Notes: generated from the letters alone by a model not told the origin. A stretch of 64,000 bases of DNA from Candidatus Krumholzibacteriia bacterium (GCA_963836185.1 CAWIIQ010000001.1:224001-288000); one strand, 5' to 3'; counted from the stretch's first letter, positions 48,904-59,049 are shown. Program-made: numbers and translations.

Positions 48904-51336
48904 TCATTTCAGCAGGATCATCTTCCTGGTCTTCGCAAACTCCTCCGTCTCGAGTTTATAGAAGTATACTCCGGAGGCTGCCGGTGAACCGTTTTGGGCT
49001 TTTCCGTTCCATACGGTGGCGTACTGTCCGGCCGGCCTCGATTCGTCGATCAACTCCGCGACGAGCCGTCCCGCGGCATTATAGACGCTGAGGTTCACAT
49101 ACCCGCCCGACTTCAGCCCGAACGCGATCGTCGTGTTCGGGTTGAACGGGTTGGGATAGTTCTGCGAAAGATATGTCGCGTCGGGCAGAGGCATCGGGTC
49201 GTCGCCGGTGATCATGTCGGGGCCGAATACAGCATACGGGCTTTCGTTGCCATGGATATCGACCGCCGCGACCTTGTACCAGAAGCCGGAGGCCCAGGAC
49301 CATTCTTCATCGACAGTGGCGGTATCGGGAGTCGAGGTGAGCAGGCTGCCAGGTCCGGGGATGAATCCGCTGTCTGTATCGCGGTAGACCCTGTATCCGG
49401 CAAGGTCGCTCTCGATGTTCGGATCCCATGTCAGTTGAAGGGCGTTCGGAGAGAATATCTGCTCGCCGGCAAGGCCGAGAGGAGCCGCAGGGGCGAGGTT
49501 GTCGACCGAGTACCCGCTGTCGACGGGAGATATCCAGTATATCTCCGGATCGGCAGTGTGAGCGATCACCTGGAAATAAGTGAATTCATTTATCAGGTCG
49601 GTCGAATCGAAAAGGGTGGGAACCGTCACCGAGTAACTTTCCAGCTCGAACGCGCCGACCGTAGCGAGCAGTTCCCAGTAGTACTGTCCCGCGGCAGTCT
49701 CGGATATCATCAGTGCCGGCCGATCAGTTTCGGGCAGTTCGATGGCCCCGGCCTGCAGTAACGACGCTCCGCTCTTCCGCATCGACAGGGCGGCAGGCTC
49801 GCTGATTGCTCTCCACGCCGTATAATTCTCGATCTCCCCCGCCGGCCAGGGATCGAGCCTGCTCGCGTCCCACGCGAGGTTGACCCAGCCGCCCTGGTCA
49901 AGGGGAACATCACGGACATGCGATACGACGCCTGATGGATATCCCCAGTATCCGTTTCGCTCTATTCTCTGTATGTAAACATTGTAATCGACCGTGGTCC
50001 TGTAATCCTGCCAGGTCAGGATCGCACCTCCCGCTCCATCTGAAGTGATGCTGATATTTTCAGAATAGTGCCTGGCCTCCCGGACGGGAGTTCCATAAGG
50101 CTCCCAATGGTGCCCCCCCTCGCTGTCTATCCGGTCTATATAGATGTTGGGTTCCATGCCTGAGCGCATATCCTCCCAGGCGACGATCGCGCCTCCGTTT
50201 CCGTCAGGTATCATCTCGTGATCGCCCTTGTCGCTTCCCGTCAGCCCTGAGACAAATGTGCCGCCGCTGGTCCATGACGTGTTTCCGCTCCCGTTGATCT
50301 TCTGGGCGAGGATCTCAAGAGGAAAGGTTCTCTGGTCCTCCCACGAGATGATCGCTCCCCATGAACCGTCGGTGACGATCCGGGGATCGATCTGATCGCC
50401 GCCTTCATCACAGATGGCGACGCCGTCGGCTGTCCATTGGGCGGTGCCGTAAATGTTGATCTTCTGCGCATAGATGTCCCAGTTCAAATCTCGGGAATCC
50501 ATCCATGTGATGATGAATCCGATGGAGATATCCTGCGTGATCCGAGGGGAGGTCTGATCGATGGCTTCCGTACAGATCGGTATCCCATTCACCGCGAAGG
50601 AGACAGAGCCATCAGGCTCAAGGCGCTGGGCGTAGATGTCCGAGTAGGTCCCGGAACGATAGTCGGACCATACGATCATAGCTCCGCCGAGGCCGTCAGA
50701 CACAATATCGGTGCGATACTGAGAGAAGGCTGCAGTACAGACAGGAACGCCGTCGACCGTCCATAGAGCTGTGCCAGCTCCGTCGAGGCGCTGGGCATAG
50801 ATGTCCGCCAGGCCGCTCCTCGAGTCTTCCCAGGTCAGAATGGCACCGCCCTCTCCGTCAGGGACCATATGAGGATACATCTGATATTCGTCGGCCGTGC
50901 ATACGGGGATCCCGTCGGTCGTCCAGACCGGGATCCCGTCGCCGCTGATGCGCTGCGCGTATATATCTTCTCCCGAAGTCAGGTAGTCCCTCTCGTCATG
51001 CCAGGCGATGATGACACCACCGGAGCCGTCTAGGGAGAGTACCGGATGGCGTTGCTGCCAGATACCTGTACATACAGGGATCCCGCCGGTTCCCCACAAC
51101 ACGTTTCCATATGCGTCAAGCCGCTGCGCAAAGATGTCATAATCTCCGTTTTCAAAACTTTCCCAGGCTGTAAATGCTCCGCCAGACCCGTCTGCCAGCA
51201 CGACTGGATCGATCTGGTCGAACTCATTTGTCCTTATGCCTGTGCCGTTTTCCACCCACATCGCGTGAGTGGAAGAAGCGGAAACGAGTAGAAGCACGAG
51301 CGCAAGACAGATCGTGCCCGCAACGCCTGACTTCAT
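48904..51336 (-). CDS. Exported 8-repeat (beta-propeller-like) protein + Fn3-like domains + FlgD-Ig/T9SS-like CTD
   Basis: Eight ~55-aa repeats DGxGGAIxxWxDxR..DIYAQR...G...W..G..C; DVPLDQGG and SVDNLAPAAP; QNYPNPFNP...RKMILLK. Confidence 0.85.
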   Translation of the reverse strand: MKSGVAGTICLALVLLLVSASSTHAMWVENGTGIRTNEFDQIDPVVLADGSGGAFTAWESFENGDYDIFAQRLDAYGNVLWGTGGIPVCTGIWQQRHPVLSLDGSGGVIIAWHDERDYLTSGEDIYAQRISGDGIPVWTTDGIPVCTADEYQMYPHMVPDGEGGAILTWEDSRSGLADIYAQRLDGAGTALWTVDGVPVCTAAFSQYRTDIVSDGLGGAMIVWSDYRSGTYSDIYAQRLEPDGSVSFAVNGIPICTEAIDQTSPRITQDISIGFIITWMDSRDLNWDIYAQKINIYGTAQWTADGVAICDEGGDQIDPRIVTDGSWGAIISWEDQRTFPLEILAQKINGSGNTSWTSGGTFVSGLTGSDKGDHEMIPDGNGGAIVAWEDMRSGMEPNIYIDRIDSEGGHHWEPYGTPVREARHYSENISITSDGAGGAILTWQDYRTTVDYNVYIQRIERNGYWGYPSGVVSHVRDVPLDQGGWVNLAWDASRLDPWPAGEIENYTAWRAISEPAALSMRKSGASLLQAGAIELPETDRPALMISETAAGQYYWELLATVGAFELESYSVTVPTLFDSTDLINEFTYFQVIAHTADPEIYWISPVDSGYSVDNLAPAAPLGLAGEQIFSPNALQLTWDPNIESDLAGYRVYRDTDSGFIPGPGSLLTSTPDTATVDEEWSWASGFWYKVAAVDIHGNESPYAVFGPDMITGDDPMPLPDATYLSQNYPNPFNPNTTIAFGLKSGGYVNLSVYNAAGRLVAELIDESRPAGQYATVWNGKAQNGSPAASGVYFYKLETEEFAKTRKMILLK

Positions 51337-51593
51337 GGAAATCCCCCCTGTTTTTAGTTTCAATGAGTAGAGTCCCTGGCTGCAGAGATACTATACCATA
51401 TACCACAAATAGAGACGAGATAGGCAGGAAATAAATGCATATATCTCACGAGCATTTTTTATAATACGGCACATCCTTCAATGTGATACAATATCGACGG
51501 TAGATTCAAATGTAGAACGCTTCACGGCAACGGACGGTGCCCCCGCGGGTATCCGGCCCGGTGTCAGTAAACGCATCAAGGAGGGGGTATCCA

Positions 51594-54155
51594 ATGCGTA
51601 AATCAGCCGTACTTATGGTAACCGTGGTCCTCATCGTGGCGATCGGCAGTTCTGTCTGCGCGAAACCATCCGGCACGATCTTTCGCTACCTTTCCCCGAC
51701 GCCCGGCGCCCGGCAGGTCATGCCGCAGAGCACTCTGATATTCAGGCCTGGCGATGATCTGCAGAGATCCGGGACCGTGTGGACCTCATCGACGGTGGTC
51801 ACAGGCTCGGTGAGCGGAGTGCACGAGGGAAGATGGACGAATGCCGATGATTCGCGCACGGTAATATTCAGGCCCGACCGGCCATTTGAATCGGGTGAGA
51901 TCGTGACAGTCTCCTGTGCGTTCGAAGTGGGCGGCGAGAGAGCCGTATATACTCATGATTTCAGGATCGCGCCGAGGATCGTCACGTACACGCCCGATAC
52001 CTTCGATAAGACGGGATCAGGCACGGATGAGATGCCGGCCGAGGCATACAGCGGGGGTTCGCCTCCACTGGATATGTGCAGGAAGAAAGATGGCGATAAA
52101 AAGAAACGCCGGGACTGTCCCGGCACGTACAGCCTTCCCCCTGATTTCCCCACCCCCGAAATAACTGTTTATGACGAGCCGGAAGACGGAAAGCTGTTCC
52201 TGGCCAACATCACTCCGAGGATGTCCGCGCCGGTCGCGTGTTACATGATGATCCTCGAGAAGGACGGCACCCCCTGCTTCTTCAGGAAGATGCCCGGGCG
52301 GATTGTCGATTTCAAGAAACAGCCGTGCGGACTTCTTTCGTACGCCTGGACCAAGCCGGGAGATAACTATTTCCATACGATGGACAACACCTATTCGGCT
52401 GTCGACAGCTATACGACAGTGGACGGTTACGATCTCGACTCACACGATTTTTTGATGCTGCCGAACGGCCATGTAATGCTGATCGGCGATGATCCCGAGA
52501 TCATGGACATGAGCCAGATCGTAGAGGGGGGAGATACGGCCGCTCTCGTGATCGGAAGCGTGATCCAGGAACTCGACGCTGCAAAGAATCTCGTCTTCCA
52601 GTGGCGCACGAGGGATCATTACGACATCCTCGACACGAACACGGACCTGACGGCAGGCCGGATACGCTACTCGCATGTAAATGCGATCGAAGTCGATCAT
52701 GACGGCAACATCATGATATCGAGCAGGCATATGAGCGAGGTCACCAAGATCGACCGGGATACCGGACAGATCATCTGGAGGATGGGAGGGAACAAGAACG
52801 AGTTTACCCTCGAAGGTGATACCCAGTGGTTCTCCCGCCAGCATGATATTCGCCGCCTCGATAACGGGCATGTGACGGTCTATGACAACGGAAACCTGAA
52901 CGATCCCCAGGAGTCGAGGGCCGTCGAGTACGCACTGGACGAGGAGAACATGATCGCGACACGGGTCTGGGAGTTCCGGAACGATCCTCCCATTTACGCC
53001 GGTGCCCAGGGCAGCGCCCGGAGATTGCCGGGAGGGAACACATTGATCGGCTGGGGAAACTGCCGCGAAGTCGACATAACCGAGGTGCGTCCCGACGGTA
53101 CAATTGCCTTCGAATTGATACTGCCCCCGGGATTGAATACCTACAGGGCATTCAAGTACCAGTGGGAGGGAGTCGCCGCAGAGCCTTACGCCTGGGCGGA
53201 TACGACAGGCGGAGAGCTGTGGCTTGACTTCACGAAGTTCGGCGACAGTGAAGTAAACAGGTATTTCGTGTATCGCGGGACATCGCCTTCTCCGGACTGG
53301 AAAGCATACGTGACGTGCGGAAATTCGGTCAGGATCAGGGACTTTGAAGCGGACGAGCCCCTTTACTTCAGGGTGACGGCCGTCGACCGCTGCGGCAATG
53401 TGAGCCCGTACTCCAACGAAGTCGTGATCACTCCCGGATTCGCCGACGACCCGGAAGTAAAGGACGCCATCGTAAAGGTCACACCCTCCACTCTCAATCT
53501 CCTGTCCGAGGGGCGCTGGGTGACCGCGCAGATCGAGTTCCCCTGTGAGAGCGGATTACACGTATCCGATATAGACAGGACATGCATCCTCTTCAACGAT
53601 ACGATCCTCGTCGACCACACAGGCGGGAATGGAAACATAAAGAAATCGGCGAAGAAGAAACTGATGGTCAAGTTTCCCAGGGATGAGATAACAGCGATCC
53701 TTCCAGCCGGCTGCGTTACTGTAAAGGTCAGCGGTTATGTCGGCGAGCTTGCTTTCGAGGCCTTCGACAGTATCATGGTGATCAGCGCTGACAGCTCGTG
53801 TGCCGGAGACGGTGACGAGGACAATGAAGAGGATGTCGCAGAAGGAGAGAAGGAGCGCGGGGAGAGACCCGTCTCTGAAAAGGTCGCGTTGTTCAGAAAC
53901 TTCCCCAACCCGTTCAATCCGATGACGACGATATCGTTCACCCTTTCCGCGTCCTCGCATGTGAACCTCAGCATCTATGACGTCTCAGGAAGGCTCGTCA
54001 GGACCCTCGCGGACCGTACGATCGATGAGGGAACGCACGAGATGACTTGGGACGGCAGAGGCCTTAACGGGGAACAGGCCGCTTCGGGGATCTACTTCTA
54101 CAAGCTCAGGACGGACAGGGAGGTCCTGACGAGGAAGATGGTCCTCTTGAGATGA
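51594..54155 (+). CDS. Arylsulfotransferase (ASST-like) with Ig-like domains and FlgD-Ig/T9SS-like CTD
   Basis: DSHDF, IQELD, HVNAIE, ISSRH, IIWRMGG, RQHDIR, YDNGN, QGSARRLPGGNTLIGWG and YRAFK motifs; NFPNPFNP...RKMVLLR. Confidence 0.88.
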   Translation: MRKSAVLMVTVVLIVAIGSSVCAKPSGTIFRYLSPTPGARQVMPQSTLIFRPGDDLQRSGTVWTSSTVVTGSVSGVHEGRWTNADDSRTVIFRPDRPFESGEIVTVSCAFEVGGERAVYTHDFRIAPRIVTYTPDTFDKTGSGTDEMPAEAYSGGSPPLDMCRKKDGDKKKRRDCPGTYSLPPDFPTPEITVYDEPEDGKLFLANITPRMSAPVACYMMILEKDGTPCFFRKMPGRIVDFKKQPCGLLSYAWTKPGDNYFHTMDNTYSAVDSYTTVDGYDLDSHDFLMLPNGHVMLIGDDPEIMDMSQIVEGGDTAALVIGSVIQELDAAKNLVFQWRTRDHYDILDTNTDLTAGRIRYSHVNAIEVDHDGNIMISSRHMSEVTKIDRDTGQIIWRMGGNKNEFTLEGDTQWFSRQHDIRRLDNGHVTVYDNGNLNDPQESRAVEYALDEENMIATRVWEFRNDPPIYAGAQGSARRLPGGNTLIGWGNCREVDITEVRPDGTIAFELILPPGLNTYRAFKYQWEGVAAEPYAWADTTGGELWLDFTKFGDSEVNRYFVYRGTSPSPDWKAYVTCGNSVRIRDFEADEPLYFRVTAVDRCGNVSPYSNEVVITPGFADDPEVKDAIVKVTPSTLNLLSEGRWVTAQIEFPCESGLHVSDIDRTCILFNDTILVDHTGGNGNIKKSAKKKLMVKFPRDEITAILPAGCVTVKVSGYVGELAFEAFDSIMVISADSSCAGDGDEDNEEDVAEGEKERGERPVSEKVALFRNFPNPFNPMTTISFTLSASSHVNLSIYDVSGRLVRTLADRTIDEGTHEMTWDGRGLNGEQAASGIYFYKLRTDREVLTRKMVLLR

Positions 54156-54213
54156 TGACAGTCCTCAAGACAGCGGAATAAGTTTGAGAGTTTCGCTATC
54201 GCGCTTTGGAGAG

Positions 54214-54239
54214 AGAGGCGGGCCGCATGGCCCGCCTCT
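54214..54239. terminator. Hairpin between convergent genes
   Basis: AGAGGCGGGCC-gcat-GGCCCGCCTCT. Confidence 0.7.
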
Positions 54240-54260
54240 ACCAGTTAAGCGCGGATGTGT

Positions 54261-54464
54261 CTATTCTGCGGGTGTTTCACTCTCGGAGCAGCATGAATCA
54301 TCCTTGCCCTTGCGGCAGCAGCATTTGTTGTAGAAGAAGCTCATTATGGTCAGAAGCGCTGCCAGGATGATTATTACGATCTTCGCCCAGCCGTGAGCAT
54401 AGAAGAAGAGCGACAGGACGAGGATTCCGGCCGCCATCAGAAAGCGGCAGAAACAGAGTTTCAT
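54261..54464 (-). CDS. Small two-TM Cys-rich membrane protein
   Basis: AGGAGGT RBS; MKLCFCRF, two TM segments, then NKCCCRKGKDDSCCSE. Confidence 0.75.
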   Translation of the reverse strand: MKLCFCRFLMAAGILVLSLFFYAHGWAKIVIIILAALLTIMSFFYNKCCCRKGKDDSCCSESETPAE

Positions 54465-54614
54465 ATCGGTCACCTCCTGGTTAATGCCATTGTGGATATT
54501 GAAAACCTCTTATCCTGACCTTTCAAGTAAAAAATGGAGATATCACATGGAGTTGAAAACAGATTGAAACATATCCATATGAGGGTAGTATTCAGTTGAG
54601 TGCGGGGGGAAGTA

Positions 54615-56153
54615 ATGAAAGGATTTCGATTTATGAAGGTACCTGGTGCAATCTCTTGTCGATCATTAATGATGGCTGTAATTATCGCTGTCACTCTATT
54701 GTCAATATCCGGGTGCAACGGAGGCGATTCAGGTTCCGGTGGAGGCAGAATACAGTTCCAGATAACATATGCTGATTCCGTCTGCAATGGTCCGCTCGAC
54801 GGCAGGCTCTTCGTGCTGCTCGACTCGAACCTGAAGGGCAATCCGCTCTTCGGTCCGAACCCCGCCGATCCGGAGCCGATCCTCGCGGCCGATTTCAGAA
54901 ACTGGAAGCCGGGCGAGGATATCGTGCTGGGAGACGGTGCGGATGCGTATCCTTTCAGGGCCTCTGACATTCCTGCCGGAAAGTATGTCATCCGTGTAGT
55001 CGCCGACGTCAACACCGTCGAGCGAAGTTTCGCCCTGGCAAAGGGGAATCTGCTCAATGCTGCTGATACGATCGAGATCCCCGGACATGGAAGCGCGGTC
55101 TTCGAGATCGACCTGGTCCGCGGCTTTGACGGATTCAAGATTGAAGAAACAGAGGATGTGAAGGAAGTCAGGCTCGAAAGCGCCCTTCTAAGCAATTTCT
55201 ACGGGAAGCCGGCGTATATAGAAGCGGCGATCGTTCTTCCGCCGTCATATCAGGAAAGTCCAGCGAAACGGTATGCGGCTGTCTATGTGCTGCCCGGCTG
55301 GGGATCGACGCATCATTCGATTCAGTGGGGAGATTTTCAGAGAAAACGTTACGGGATGAACACCGCGGGTGAGGAGAAGATCTTTATCTTCCTCAACCAG
55401 GAATGCGTCAACGGATATCACGGATTTGCCGACTCGGACAACAACGGTCCGCGAGGGGCATCGCTGGTCGAAGAATTCATCCCGTATATCGAAGAGAAGT
55501 TCCGCGTGATCCCGTCGCCGGCGGGCCGTTTCCTCGTGGGGCAGTCCTCGGGTGCCTGGGCGGCGCTCTGGCTGCAGATCAGCTACCCGGGAGTCTTTGC
55601 GGGCGCCTTTGCCGCATCACCCGACCCGGTCGATTTCCGTGATTTCGGCGGTATCAATATCTATGAGCCCGGCGCGAACTATTTCTATGACAAGGATGGC
55701 GAACTGATCGGGTCGAATGAGATCTCGTCCGACCTGGAGGAAGTGACCGGGCCGGGCGGACAGCTCTACTCCTTCGAGGCCGTTTTCGGCGGCAGGAGGG
55801 AGGATGGCAGGCCAGAGATGCTCTGGGACAGGGAGACGGGAGCGGTCGATTCTGCGGTAGTCGAGCAGTGGAGACGTTACGATATCCGGCTCGTACTGAA
55901 GGACGCGTGGCCGCAGGTCGGTGATCTGCTCGCCGGAAAGATCCATATCTATGTCGCCGCTGATGACGATTACGGGCTGGACGGCCCCGTAAGGCTGCTC
56001 GAAGAAGCCGCAAAGACCGGGAACTGGGATATCGACATGACTTTCTTCGAGGAGGGCGGTCACAATATCTGGAACGACGCGCTGCGGGAACGGATTCATT
56101 CCGCGATAGACAGCACAGTCGAGACAGAGCATCAGGAAATAAAGGAGAGATGA
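54615..56153 (+). CDS. Alpha/beta-hydrolase esterase lipoprotein (Fes/putative esterase family)
   Basis: Lipobox ISGC; LPPSY, FADSDNNGP, EFIPYIE, GQSSGAW nucleophile elbow, SPDPVDF and GGH. Start uncertain. Confidence 0.85.
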   Translation: MKGFRFMKVPGAISCRSLMMAVIIAVTLLSISGCNGGDSGSGGGRIQFQITYADSVCNGPLDGRLFVLLDSNLKGNPLFGPNPADPEPILAADFRNWKPGEDIVLGDGADAYPFRASDIPAGKYVIRVVADVNTVERSFALAKGNLLNAADTIEIPGHGSAVFEIDLVRGFDGFKIEETEDVKEVRLESALLSNFYGKPAYIEAAIVLPPSYQESPAKRYAAVYVLPGWGSTHHSIQWGDFQRKRYGMNTAGEEKIFIFLNQECVNGYHGFADSDNNGPRGASLVEEFIPYIEEKFRVIPSPAGRFLVGQSSGAWAALWLQISYPGVFAGAFAASPDPVDFRDFGGINIYEPGANYFYDKDGELIGSNEISSDLEEVTGPGGQLYSFEAVFGGRREDGRPEMLWDRETGAVDSAVVEQWRRYDIRLVLKDAWPQVGDLLAGKIHIYVAADDDYGLDGPVRLLEEAAKTGNWDIDMTFFEEGGHNIWNDALRERIHSAIDSTVETEHQEIKER

Positions 56154-56950
56154 TGGAAAGAGTATTGCGCCGGATATGCCTGCTGTCGGCAACGGCAGCG
56201 CTGCTGGTGACGGTTTCTTTTTCGGATTCGTCAGCAGAGAAGCCTGTGCTGACCGAAGAACAGCGGGCACGGGTCGAGAAGGCTATCGAAAAGGCGAAAG
56301 CTTCTCTCGGAGATAAGCTGCTCACGACAGCCGACGAAGTTATCACCATGCACGTTGATGCTATCGGCGGGAGAGAAGCGATAGAGTCGGTCCGTACGAT
56401 GATGTACCGCGGCAGGAACATTGTGCTGCTCAGCGAGGAGAGGCCGATCGAGCGGTACTTCAGCACCCCGGACCTGTTGCGCCAGCAGAGGCCGGGCGGA
56501 GATAGTTACACATTATCAAATGGTGAAAAAGTTTACGGAGTAAGCTCCCGGGGCAGTATGGAGATGACGCAGGCCTGGGTGCCCGAGCTCAAGCACGCCC
56601 GGATCGACGGCAATTTCCTCGATTATTCCGAACGTGGGATAACATACGAGTATCTCGGTCTTCACGCCGTCTATACCGAGCCGACCGTCTTCTATCACCT
56701 GCGCAGGGATTTCGGGGACGGGCATGTAGATGAGCTGTACTTCGACGTAGAGACAGGCCTGCTGCGGATGACATACGTGCCGGCAACGGAATCATTCCGC
56801 GCGTACTACGATTTCAGGGAGGCTGGAGGGATGCTGTTCCCGCACATGTGGATGCGTCTCTTCGGCGAACAGACACCTCCGCACCTTTTCATCATCGACG
56901 AGGTGAGGGTCAACGAGGAATATGACGATTCATTCTTCGCGGTGCCATAA
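56150..56950 (+). CDS. Exported protein, paralog-like of 31507..32298
   Basis: Signal peptide; HVDAIGGREAI, YFDVETGLL, DFREAGGMLFPH and DSFFAVP; ATGA coupling to the esterase. Confidence 0.65.
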   Translation: MMERVLRRICLLSATAALLVTVSFSDSSAEKPVLTEEQRARVEKAIEKAKASLGDKLLTTADEVITMHVDAIGGREAIESVRTMMYRGRNIVLLSEERPIERYFSTPDLLRQQRPGGDSYTLSNGEKVYGVSSRGSMEMTQAWVPELKHARIDGNFLDYSERGITYEYLGLHAVYTEPTVFYHLRRDFGDGHVDELYFDVETGLLRMTYVPATESFRAYYDFREAGGMLFPHMWMRLFGEQTPPHLFIIDEVRVNEEYDDSFFAVP

Positions 56951-56961
56951 GGCTATACGTT

Positions 56962-57843
56962 TCAACGCTCAGGTTTCGGCGCGTCCGGGTTCATCACCCA
57001 CAGGACATTGACGATCTTCCACTCGCCGTTGATCTTAGCGAGCTGGAGATAATCGTAGAACATCGCCGACAGCACCTCGACCACCGCGATGTCGTCGCCG
57101 TAGTCGAAAACGGTCATCGAGATATTCCTCTTGCCTTCGTCGACCTTGCCGTTGCCTGTAGCGGTCGCCTCTATCAGGTAGCTGGCCCCGATCTTGTCGA
57201 GATACATCTTGCCGGTCTTCTGCATCGTCTTCGGCCAGACCTTGTTCAGTTCCGGATGGATAGCCTTCGCCATCCGTTCGGCGTCGCCGGTGTAATAACC
57301 CTCGAGGTAGTTCAACGCCGCCGCCTCGATCGCCCTCTTCTCGGCGATGGCGTCGAAAGGTTCCTTTCCCTCAAGCATTTCGGGCCTGTTCTTCTCGACC
57401 CACTCGGGATTCATCTTCCACATGACATTGATGATCTTCCACTGACCGTCGATATCGGCGAGCAGGAGATAATCGTAAAACATGCTCGAAGTGATTTTGA
57501 CCGCGGCGATTCCGTCGCGTACTGCGAAGATCTCATGCTTGATGTCCCTTTCGGCCTCGGGCAGCGGGGCGGCGTTCGCCCGGATCAATTCGATGAGTCT
57601 TGTGGCTCCGGCCTTCTGGATTATGTCCTTGCCGCTCGGCATCCGCCTGACGGTGACTTTGGTCAGCTCGGGGTGGACCGCCCGCTCCATTCTCGCCGCG
57701 TCACCGGCATGCGCGCCGTCCATGTAGTCCATCGCTGCCTGTGTGACAGCTTTCTTTGTCGCATCATCGATCTCGGCACGGGCCGGAACGGCAAACTGGA
57801 AAGAGATCGATAATACCAGTAAAACGAATGCGATCCTCTTCAT
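56962..57843 (-). CDS. Secreted protein with tandem NTF2/SnoaL-like (lumazine-binding-2-like) domains
   Basis: Two copies of AA.(D/N)Y..G...GDA.RM..A.HPEL.KV...MFYDYL.LA.I.G.WKI.NV.W.MNP. Confidence 0.82.
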   Translation of the reverse strand: MKRIAFVLLVLSISFQFAVPARAEIDDATKKAVTQAAMDYMDGAHAGDAARMERAVHPELTKVTVRRMPSGKDIIQKAGATRLIELIRANAAPLPEAERDIKHEIFAVRDGIAAVKITSSMFYDYLLLADIDGQWKIINVMWKMNPEWVEKNRPEMLEGKEPFDAIAEKRAIEAAALNYLEGYYTGDAERMAKAIHPELNKVWPKTMQKTGKMYLDKIGASYLIEATATGNGKVDEGKRNISMTVFDYGDDIAVVEVLSAMFYDYLQLAKINGEWKIVNVLWVMNPDAPKPER

Positions 57844-58065
57844 CTGAACGCTCCTTTCGCGACAAGTCGCGCAATTGTGAAATGTACATGTTTGAAATCC
57901 CTACGCTGTTTTCTGATTATACGTTGAAAAAGGCGCAAAGTTTTAGGCAATACTGCCAGAAATTTATTGAAATATTCCCTGATCCGGGTAAGAATGCGCT
58001 CTTTGTGGGTCTATAAGCGGTTTTTTACAGTTTCCAGTTCCGAAAAACACATCCAGGGAGGGTTT

Positions 58066-58965
58066 ATGCACCAGGCAGAGACTGCAGCGTTCCTTAATCA
58101 GAAGGGCGGAGTAGGCAAGACCACGTCGGTCGTCAATGTCGGCGCGGGATTGTCCATCCTCGGCAAAAAGGTCCTTATCATCGATCTCGACCCGCAGGGC
58201 CACCTGACGAGTTTTCTCGGGATCGGTCCGGATGAGGTCGACTATACGATATACGATGTGATGAGGGGGAGGGTCCATCCGCGCGATGCTATCATCTCAA
58301 GGCCCCTGCGTGCGCGTATCTATATAGGTGATGATGAGACGCAGCTTTCGATATCGGTGATCCCGGCAGCGCTCGACCTGTCGGATGCGGACACGGCTTT
58401 TGCGAACACATTTGAACGCGAACACCTGCTCAAAAGGGCCATTGCGAGGATCAACAGCGATTACGACTACATCATCTTCGACTGCCCGCCGAGCCTCGGG
58501 CTGATCACGGTCAACGCTCTCGTTGCTTCGAAGAAGGTTTTTATCCCTATCCAGACCGAGTATCTCGCGCTTAAGAGTCTCGAAAGCCTTATGGAAAAGA
58601 TCGAGTCTGTGATGACAGAGCTGAATCCCGACCTGACGATCGGCGGCATCATCGCGACACGCTACGACGGCAGGAAGGTGCTGAGCCGCACGGTCGTCGA
58701 AGCTTTGAAGGAACAGTACGGCGCACTTCTTCTCGATACGGTGATCAGGGAGAACATCGTTCTCGCCGAGTCGCCGAGGTTCGGGAAGGACGTCTTCAGC
58801 TACCGTCCGAGGAGCTATGGGATGGAAGATTATCTCAACCTCTCGCTCGAGATCATGGGCAGGATAGCGGCGGCGAACACACTCTTCTCCGTTGAGCGCG
58901 GCGTGATCAGAAGCAAGGTCGACGATGCCGTCTCCGGCATAGAAGGTGTCATCAGCAATAATTGA
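58066..58965 (+). CDS. parA: ParA/Soj family ATPase (orphan)
   Basis: NQKGGVGKTT, DLDPQG, DCPPSLG..T.NAL, PIQTEYLA and IRENI.LAESP motifs. Confidence 0.92.
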   Translation: MHQAETAAFLNQKGGVGKTTSVVNVGAGLSILGKKVLIIDLDPQGHLTSFLGIGPDEVDYTIYDVMRGRVHPRDAIISRPLRARIYIGDDETQLSISVIPAALDLSDADTAFANTFEREHLLKRAIARINSDYDYIIFDCPPSLGLITVNALVASKKVFIPIQTEYLALKSLESLMEKIESVMTELNPDLTIGGIIATRYDGRKVLSRTVVEALKEQYGALLLDTVIRENIVLAESPRFGKDVFSYRPRSYGMEDYLNLSLEIMGRIAAANTLFSVERGVIRSKVDDAVSGIEGVISNN

Positions 58966-58991
58966 TCGGAATCGTTCCTGCAGATTCCGCG

Positions 58992-59026
58992 AAAAGGGGC
59001 ATGCGTTCAACGCATGCCCCTTCTTT
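58992..59026. terminator. Bidirectional intrinsic terminator
   Basis: AAAAGGGGCATGCG-ttcaa-CGCATGCCCCTTCTTT. Confidence 0.85.
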
Positions 59027-59049
59027 ATGGGTCGTATTGTGAGGCGGGG

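Noticed and set aside
51467-51481. CGGCAC upstream of the arylsulfotransferase as a sigma-54 promoter
   Set aside because: There is no GC (or TTG) at the -12 position.
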